DNA of 64,000 nucleotides from Caulobacter segnis (GTDB lineage Bacteria; Pseudomonadota; Alphaproteobacteria; Caulobacterales; Caulobacteraceae): NCBI RefSeq assembly GCF_003243465.1, contig NZ_QFQZ01000013.1, positions 4,614 to 68,613 of the forward strand, read 5' to 3'. Shown piece by piece: positions 58,265 to 64,000 of this stretch (position 1 is its first letter; each line of letters starts with the position of its first letter). The notes under the pieces were generated by a model. It saw only the letters and a program-made list of their open reading frames with translations, ran no database searches and was not told where the DNA came from. The position numbers and the translations under genes were made by a program.

Positions 58265-58987
58265 TCAGACCATCCGATAGTGCCGCGCCAGGCGCTGCAA
58301 GGCGAGCTTCAGCACCGTCTTGCCCGTCCGGCGCGGCAGCTTCAGCGCCGACTCGGCCGCCTCCAGGGCCGAGCCCATCAGGCAGATCCGCTCCAAGATC
58401 TCGCGCAGGCCGGGCCCGACCGCCTCAAGGGCGCGAGCGATCCTCTGGCGGGCGGCGTGGTCGCGTTCCGCCGGCGCCAGACCTGGCATCCCGCCATCGA
58501 CGCGCCCGGCGTCCCAGCGCATGGTCAGCCGTCCCTGGGCCCCCAAACGCTCGTACTCTTCCCGCAATCGCTCGCCAGCGGCGGCCTCGATCGGCGTCAG
58601 CCACGGTTGTCCATCGCGGTCGCGTCGGCGGGCCAGCCAGGCGATCGGCGACTCGCCCAGATTGCGGCGCACCGGCTTGGACGAGTCGGGCGAGGGAACC
58701 TCGGCCTCGATCACGCCCGGACGGCCGGGCGGCGGCGCGTCCGGCGCTGGCCGCGAGACCATGGTCCAGCCGCCTTGCGGACGGACCTTCAGAGTCGCTT
58801 CGCGCGCCAGGACCTGGAAGGCGGCCTCGTCCAGCGTCAGCATCACGCGCCGTCGGCGGTTGGCGCCCAGTCGAACGCCGTAGCCGCCGCCCTCCGGCGC
58901 CACCACCGCGCCCGGACGGGCCAGCAGGCGCATGGCGCGCTCGGCGTAGCGTCGCGCCTCGAGCTCCCTGTCGAACGCCTGGCTCAT
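58265..58987 (-). CDS. gafZ: DUF6456 protein, GafZ-like (C-terminal half of the GafA-type GTA activator)
   Basis: 240 aa. NLGESPIAWLARRRDRDGQPWLTPIEAAAGERLREEYE and a sigma-region-4-like tail (LKLPRRTGKTVLKLALQRLARHY). Overlaps the upstream DnaA-DBD-like gene by 4 nt. Confidence 0.55.
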   Translation of the reverse strand: MSQAFDRELEARRYAERAMRLLARPGAVVAPEGGGYGVRLGANRRRRVMLTLDEAAFQVLAREATLKVRPQGGWTMVSRPAPDAPPPGRPGVIEAEVPSPDSSKPVRRNLGESPIAWLARRRDRDGQPWLTPIEAAAGERLREEYERLGAQGRLTMRWDAGRVDGGMPGLAPAERDHAARQRIARALEAVGPGLREILERICLMGSALEAAESALKLPRRTGKTVLKLALQRLARHYRMV

Positions 58988-59355
58988 AGCGGCAGCGCCT
59001 CCGCATGGGCGGGCGCCTGGCGGAGGCAGGCCTCCAGCTCGGCTAGCCTGCGATCGAACTCGGCGTTCTCGCGCATGTCCTCGATCTTGCGGCAGGCGTG
59101 ACCGCAGGTGGTGCGGTCTCGGCCGAACGCGTAGGCCACCCGGTGCAGCGGCCAGTGGAAGGTGATGTGGGTCAGATAGATGGCCAGATGCCGCGCGCGG
59201 ATGGCGGCGTTGGTCGTGCGGCGGGCCGTATTGATCTCGGCGGCCGGGATCCCGGTGGCCAGGGACACGAGTTGGGTGACGAAACCGACCATCAGGCGGT
59301 CGCGTCGAGGATCGGGCGTGATCACCCAGATATCCTCAAGGGCATGAACCAGCAT
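58984..59355 (-). CDS. gafY: DnaA-C-terminal-like HTH protein, GafY-like (N-terminal half of the GafA-type GTA activator)
   Basis: 123 aa. ARHLAIYLTHITFHWPLHRVAYAFGRDRTTCGHACRKIEDMRE resembles DnaA domain IV. It is paired with the DUF6456 gene. Confidence 0.55.
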   Translation of the reverse strand: MLVHALEDIWVITPDPRRDRLMVGFVTQLVSLATGIPAAEINTARRTTNAAIRARHLAIYLTHITFHWPLHRVAYAFGRDRTTCGHACRKIEDMRENAEFDRRLAELEACLRQAPAHAEALPL

Positions 59356-59457
59356 GGCGCTCTCTCCTCCCGACCGCGAGCAGGTCGGATGGCGCCACTA
59401 TAGGTTTATTTTCCCACGAAGAGGAAGATATTCCTATAAGCTCATTGCGACGTGACT

Positions 59458-59470
59458 TAAATATCTGATT
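59458..59470 (-). promoter_or_regulatory. IHF-consensus-like site (AATCAGATATTTA = WATCAR-N4-TTR) in the AT-rich gafY upstream region
   Basis: Read on the minus strand about 105 nt upstream of the gafY ATG. Motif match only. Confidence 0.3.
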
Positions 59471-59487
59471 TCATTTGCATGATACCC

Positions 59488-59519
59488 CACGAACACCCGT
59501 AAAAGCACGGGCGTTCGTG
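59488..59519 (-). terminator. 13-bp hairpin (one mismatch) just downstream of the 59524..60396 gene
   Basis: CACGAACACCCGT-loop-ACGGGCGTTCGTG. There is no U-tail, so this is only a putative terminator or insulator ahead of the gafY promoter. Confidence 0.4.
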
Positions 59520-59523
59520 CGCG

Positions 59524-60396
59524 TCACGCCGGCGCCGGGGCCTTTCGGAGGAGCCGAATCTCAGGGACGCGGTCGAACGTCGCGTTCATCCGTTTGATCC
59601 AGGCCTGGTCGAGCGAGGCGGTCCTCCTCCGCAGCACGCGACAGGCCTCGACACTGGCCTCCCGGGTCGCCACCGGGTTGGCGTCCAGAATATCCTGGGG
59701 ACAGTGCTTGCGGAGCTCGCGAACGACTTCAGGGGGCGGCTCGGGCGCCGTGCTGAGCCAGCTTTCGGACTTCTGGAACCCGTCGGACGCCAGCAGCCGC
59801 CCCATATAGGCCCCCTTGGACGCAAGGAGCACAAGTCCGCTGGGATCCACGTTGATCAGCGGGAATAGGGGGGCCAGGGCGGGCAAGGCGGTATTGGCGT
59901 AGCACTGCACGCCCCAGTACAGGTTTGCGAACTCGGCGAAATGAGCGACGTCTCGCACCTGCTCCAGGCCGGACTCGGCCATGGGCATGATTTCGACCTT
60001 GGGCTTCAGCGGATCGACGCTGTCATTGGCGACATCGACATACAGCGAGCCCAGCTGGATCGCGTTCTGGAAGTAGCGGCCGCGTAGCACGCCCCAAACC
60101 ACGGTCCCGACGCCGCCATGCTTGAGAAAGGCGCCAAGGGCTCGGCCCGCCGGGCTGCGCGCCCCGGCGTTGCGGACGCGAAGCTTCTTTACGACATCCT
60201 GCGCGATCTCCAGGCAGTAGCCATAGGGGTAGGGCTTGCCTCGGCGCGCTAAGGCGTTCGACGCGATCTCACGATCCGTCTCAGCCCTCATCGCCAGAAA
60301 CAGCGCCTCCAGGTCCGGAAGAACGGGCAGAAGAAACCGACGCGTCAGCGCGGCTTGCAAACGATTGGCTTCAAGGGTGTCTGGCGGTGCGATCAC
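59524..60396 (-). CDS. Hypothetical protein (290 aa), atypical codon usage
   Basis: Clean ORF. GC3 in the first 80 codons is about 70%, visibly lower than neighbouring genes. No family recognised. Confidence 0.5.
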   Translation of the reverse strand: MIAPPDTLEANRLQAALTRRFLLPVLPDLEALFLAMRAETDREIASNALARRGKPYPYGYCLEIAQDVVKKLRVRNAGARSPAGRALGAFLKHGGVGTVVWGVLRGRYFQNAIQLGSLYVDVANDSVDPLKPKVEIMPMAESGLEQVRDVAHFAEFANLYWGVQCYANTALPALAPLFPLINVDPSGLVLLASKGAYMGRLLASDGFQKSESWLSTAPEPPPEVVRELRKHCPQDILDANPVATREASVEACRVLRRRTASLDQAWIKRMNATFDRVPEIRLLRKAPAPA

Positions 60397-60513
60397 AGGA
60401 GAACAAACGCTTGGAATCAGAGCGGCCTACATGCCGCGCGATGCGAGGATAGCGCCGACCTGGAGGATCGTCAGCCAGCTCCGGGACGGCGAAACCCGCC
60501 GGCGTCGCGTTCG

Positions 60514-62274
60514 TCACCTGCGGCGCTCGGCGATCCAGGCGTCGATGCGCCGCTCCAGCACCGCGAGCGGCAGGGAGCCGTCCAGCAGCACGGCCTCGTG
60601 GAAAGCGCGTTCGTCGAAACGCGCCCCCAAGGCCTGCTCGGCGCGGCGACGCAGTTCCAGGATCTTCAGCTCGCCGACCTTGTAAGCCAGCGCCTGGCCG
60701 GGCCAGGAGATATAGCGCTTCAGCTCGACCTCGATGTTCACCGGCGACAGCGCGGTGTTGTCGGTGAAGCAGGCGCGGGCCTGGTCCAGGCTCCAGTGCT
60801 TCCAGTGGATGCCGGTGTCGGCCACCAGTCGGCAGGCGCGCCACATCTCGTAGGATAGCCGGCCGAATAGCTCATAGGGATCGCGATAGATCCCCATCTC
60901 TTCGCCCAGCCATTCCGAATAAAGGCCCCAGCCCTCGCCGAAAGCAGTGAAGTAGAGGCTCTTGCGGAAGTCCGGCGCCCCGGTCTGCTCCTGCGCCAGC
61001 GACGTCTGGATGTGGTGCCCCGGCGCGCCTTCGTGCAGCACCAGGGCGGGCAATTCATACAAAGGCCGCTGGTCCAATTCCGAGGTGTTGATCATCAGCC
61101 CCCCGGCGCGGCCGACCTTGGGATCGCCGCCGAAGTAGCGGCCCGTGGTGTAGCCCTTCTCGATGCTGGCCGGCACGGGCCGCACGCCGTAGGTCAGGCG
61201 CGGCAGGACGCCGAAATGGGCCGGCAGCTGGTCGTCGGCGCGCTTGGCGATCTCGCTGGCCTTTTCCAGCAGTTGCTGGCGGCTTGTGGCGTAGAAGCGC
61301 GGATCCTGGCGCAGCATGGCGATGAAGGCTGGAAGGTCGCCCTGGAAGCCCGCGGCCTTCATGGCCTCCTGCATGCGCGCGCGGATGCGGGCCACTTCGG
61401 CCTGACCGATATCGTGGATCTGGTCCGGCGTAAGGGCGGTGGTCGTGTGCCGCCGCGCGAGGAAGGCGTAGTACCGCTTGCCGTCCGGCAGGTCCGAGGC
61501 GGCCAGGCTGCTGGCGGCGTGGGGGACGTACTCATCGGCCATGAACCTGGCGAAGCCGGCGCGGGCCGGAGCGACCTTGGCCGTCACGACGGTCTCGCCC
61601 TCGGCGATCAGCGCTGCGCGCCTCGCCTCGGGGACGCTCGCCGGCAGGGCGCGTAACGGGGCCAGAAGAGGATCGTCGGCCAGCGGCGTGGCGGCGATGC
61701 GCTGGGCGCGCTCCAGCACGGCCTGAGCCGTCGGGACCGCCTGGACGAAGCCCGCCCTCACCCCACGGCGGGCGTTATCGATGTTGACCGCGTACCAGTC
61801 GGGCATGCGGGTCAGCAGCGCGATCCAGCGGCGGGCTTCGGCCTCGTCCTTCAGCCGCAGCCCGCTCGCGCGATAGAGCATCATCACGTCGAAGCCGCCG
61901 TCGCTGCTGAACGGCATGCGCGACTCGTCGAAGCCGGCGGCCTCGATACGGTCTTTGACGGTCCAGAGGAGAAGCTCGCGCGTCAGCGTCTCCTGGCTCG
62001 ACAGTCCAGCCTCGCCCATCGCGGTCAGCTCGGCCTCGATCGCCTTCAGCTTGGCCAGGCGCGCAGCGTCCGCCGTGCGGGTGACATCGGGCAGACGCCA
62101 GCGGCCCTCCGCGGCGCCTCCGGAGTCGTCGTCCTGGTCGCCGCCGCCCAGCGCCTCGAACCGGGTAACCAGGCGCGTCAGGGTTCCAGAAGGACCGGCC
62201 CACGCCGACGTCGCGGTCATGGCGGCGAGACAGACGCCGACCAGGGCGGCGCGCCAAGGGGCGATGCGAGTCAT
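60514..62274 (-). CDS. DUF885 family protein, exported
   Basis: ATG at 62274 gives the signal peptide RIAPWRAALVGVCLAAMTATSAWA. HEGAPGHHIQ and FGEGWGLYSE blocks are typical of DUF885. Confidence 0.8.
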   Translation of the reverse strand: MTRIAPWRAALVGVCLAAMTATSAWAGPSGTLTRLVTRFEALGGGDQDDDSGGAAEGRWRLPDVTRTADAARLAKLKAIEAELTAMGEAGLSSQETLTRELLLWTVKDRIEAAGFDESRMPFSSDGGFDVMMLYRASGLRLKDEAEARRWIALLTRMPDWYAVNIDNARRGVRAGFVQAVPTAQAVLERAQRIAATPLADDPLLAPLRALPASVPEARRAALIAEGETVVTAKVAPARAGFARFMADEYVPHAASSLAASDLPDGKRYYAFLARRHTTTALTPDQIHDIGQAEVARIRARMQEAMKAAGFQGDLPAFIAMLRQDPRFYATSRQQLLEKASEIAKRADDQLPAHFGVLPRLTYGVRPVPASIEKGYTTGRYFGGDPKVGRAGGLMINTSELDQRPLYELPALVLHEGAPGHHIQTSLAQEQTGAPDFRKSLYFTAFGEGWGLYSEWLGEEMGIYRDPYELFGRLSYEMWRACRLVADTGIHWKHWSLDQARACFTDNTALSPVNIEVELKRYISWPGQALAYKVGELKILELRRRAEQALGARFDERAFHEAVLLDGSLPLAVLERRIDAWIAERRR

Positions 62275-62368
62275 GCGCCGCAGATTAGGCGAACGGCGCT
62301 CGCCTCGCGACACGCGAATGACCGCCGCGACGACGGTCTGATTGTCCAATATCGGGAAGAACCGAGAA

Positions 62369-62443
<75 letters not shown>

Positions 62444-62606
62444 ATCGGAGGGGCTTGGTGAAGCGCCCCGCGACGAGGAGGCGGCTTATGGCAGAGCGCT
62501 TCGCGGTTTGCAAGCGCCCTTTGAGGGGTTGCGGAGCGGCTTTTTTCGACGGCTTGATCTGACCGGGTTTCCGCCGGGTTGTCGCCCGGCGTTCTTCGGG
62601 GGCGGA

Positions 62607-63476
62607 GTGCCAGCGTTGCGTCTATTCGTGTTCGGCCTGGGCTATGTCGGGGCCGCTTTCGGCAAGGCCTTGCAGGCGCGCGGCTGGGAGGTCGCCGCCA
62701 GCGCGCGAACGCCCGAGCAGGCCGAGGCTCTGCGGCGCCAAGGCGTGACGGCGGTCGAGCCGGCGGACCGCGACGCCATGGCGCGGGCCTTGGCCGGGGT
62801 GAACGCGATCCTCGTGACCGCGCCTCCAGGACCGGAGGGCTGCCCGGCGCTCGAATCGCTGGTCCCCGCCCTCGCTCAGGCGGAGGCCTATCCGGACTGG
62901 ATCGGCTATCTGTCGACCACTGGGGTCTATGGCGACTTCGACGGCCGCTGGGTGTTCGAGAGCTCGCCGCTGAAGGCGCAATCCGTGGAAGGCGCGCGCC
63001 GTGTCGGCGCCGAACGCGACTGGCAGGAGGTCGGGCGCGGCATGGGCCTGACCGTCACAGTATTCCGCCTGCCCGGCATCTATGGCCCAGGACGCAGCGC
63101 CCTGGACCGCTTGCGGGCCGGCGAAGGCCGCCGGATCGTCAAGCCAGGCCAGGTGTTCAGCCGGATCCATGTCGACGATATCGTCACGGGCCTGCTGGCG
63201 TCGCTGGACAGGCCCCGGGCGGGCGGAGTCTACAACCTCGTCGACGACGAGCCGGCGCCGCCGCAGGACGTTATGGAGCACGCCGCGAAGCTATTGGGAG
63301 TCCCGGTCCCGCCCGACCTGCCGTTCAACGAACTGGGCCTTTCGCCCGCCACGCGCCGCTTCTACGCCGAGAACAAGCGCGTCTCGAACGCCCGCGCCAA
63401 GGCCGAACTGGGCTGGCGGCCCACGTACCCAACCTATCGCGAGGGGCTAGCGGCGATCCTAAAGGCGGGCAGCTAG
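62607..63476 (+). CDS. NAD-dependent epimerase/dehydratase family (extended SDR) protein
   Basis: GTG at 62607 (or TTG at 62616). FVFGLGYVG Rossmann motif. STTGVYG, IHVDDI. Confidence 0.75.
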   Translation: MPALRLFVFGLGYVGAAFGKALQARGWEVAASARTPEQAEALRRQGVTAVEPADRDAMARALAGVNAILVTAPPGPEGCPALESLVPALAQAEAYPDWIGYLSTTGVYGDFDGRWVFESSPLKAQSVEGARRVGAERDWQEVGRGMGLTVTVFRLPGIYGPGRSALDRLRAGEGRRIVKPGQVFSRIHVDDIVTGLLASLDRPRAGGVYNLVDDEPAPPQDVMEHAAKLLGVPVPPDLPFNELGLSPATRRFYAENKRVSNARAKAELGWRPTYPTYREGLAAILKAGS

Positions 63477-63480
63477 GCGC

Positions 63481-64000
63481 TCACTCGTCGTCGATAACGG
63501 GCGCGCGCGGCGTGATTCCCACCGCCTCCAGCCCCGCCGCATTGCGCAGCCGCGCCGCGCGAGCCAGGCGACGGCTGACCAGATCGCCCTCCTCCGGCTC
63601 GGCCAAGCCCTTGGCCTCGGCCACGGCGGCGACCAGGCGCTCCAAGTCCTTGGGCCGCGAGAGCCGGTGGTCGCCGTCCTTGACCAGGGTGAAGACGACA
63701 TCGTCGCTGGTCAGGGCGTTGGCCAGTTCCAGCGCGTGGGTCCACGGCACGTCCGGGTCGGCGCCGCCCTGGAGAACACGCACCGGGACGTTGATCGGCA
63801 CAGGCCCCGGCAGGATCGACCACCGCGCTCCGTCCTCCAGCAGCTCCCGCGTGATCGGATAGCCGCCGTCGTCGTATTCCGAGGGCCGAATCCAAAAACC
63901 ATCTTGGGCGATCGCGACCTTGGCCTCCTCGGAGAGCTCCGGCGCCATCAACTTTTCGGTGAAGTCCGGCGCGGGGGCGATCAGAACCATCGCCTTCACG
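63481..64000 (-). CDS. Alpha/beta hydrolase, N-terminal part beyond window edge
   Basis: The ORF is open to the window end. C-terminal hydrolase blocks (VLQGGADPDVP, DGDHRLS). Confidence 0.65.
   Translation of the reverse strand, partial: VKAMVLIAPAPDFTEKLMAPELSEEAKVAIAQDGFWIRPSEYDDGGYPITRELLEDGARWSILPGPVPINVPVRVLQGGADPDVPWTHALELANALTSDDVVFTLVKDGDHRLSRPKDLERLVAAVAEAKGLAEPEEGDLVSRRLARAARLRNAAGLEAVGITPRAPVIDDE

Overview
High-GC (roughly two-thirds G+C by eye) alphaproteobacterial chromosome segment that looks like Caulobacter. Supporting this: a CckA-type hybrid kinase sits next to the class II flagellar export genes fliQ-fliR-flhB, there is a DivJ-like membrane kinase, CtrA-type TTAA-N7-TTAA(C) and TTAACCAT boxes are present, and there is a split GafY/GafZ-type gene-transfer-agent (GTA) activator pair. 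I can support about 60 protein-coding genes, one tRNA-Gly(GCC), one candidate yybP-ykoY (Mn2+) riboswitch ahead of a UPF0016/GDT1 transporter, three palindromic MITE/REP-like intergenic repeats and a few hairpins and regulatory motifs. I see no rRNA, CRISPR array, transposase, integrase or prophage block. Housekeeping and metabolic content includes methylmalonyl-CoA mutase (mutA/mutB/meaB), 5-oxoprolinase, prfC, mgsA, sufE, trhO, an arsR-aquaglyceroporin-arsC operon, and scattered glycan-degrading genes (GH92, glycosylasparaginase, CutC, PL10-like lyase). Best candidates for new biology: (1) a tightly translationally coupled 5-gene operon (thermostable-hemolysin-like GNAT-fold protein, acyl-AMP ligase, heme-oxygenase-like di-iron enzyme, SDR, secreted TPR protein). 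It faces a FecI/FecR/TonB-transducer module and is flanked by a second TonB receptor. (2) A split yjfIJKLMC-type PspA/IM30 cluster whose YjfI carries an antitoxin-like (DUF3018/RHH-like) N-terminal extension next to tandem ACATGTACGC repeats. (3) An unusually AT-rich intergenic island packed with CtrA boxes, between a TPR-like protein and an RNase H-fold protein that has lost catalytic residues. (4) The gafYZ locus, with an AT-rich promoter and an atypical-codon orphan gene upstream. All family assignments come from reading the translations and from memory of family signatures. No database search was run. Many long ORFs in the supplied track are antisense or out-of-frame shadows typical of high-GC DNA and were rejected.
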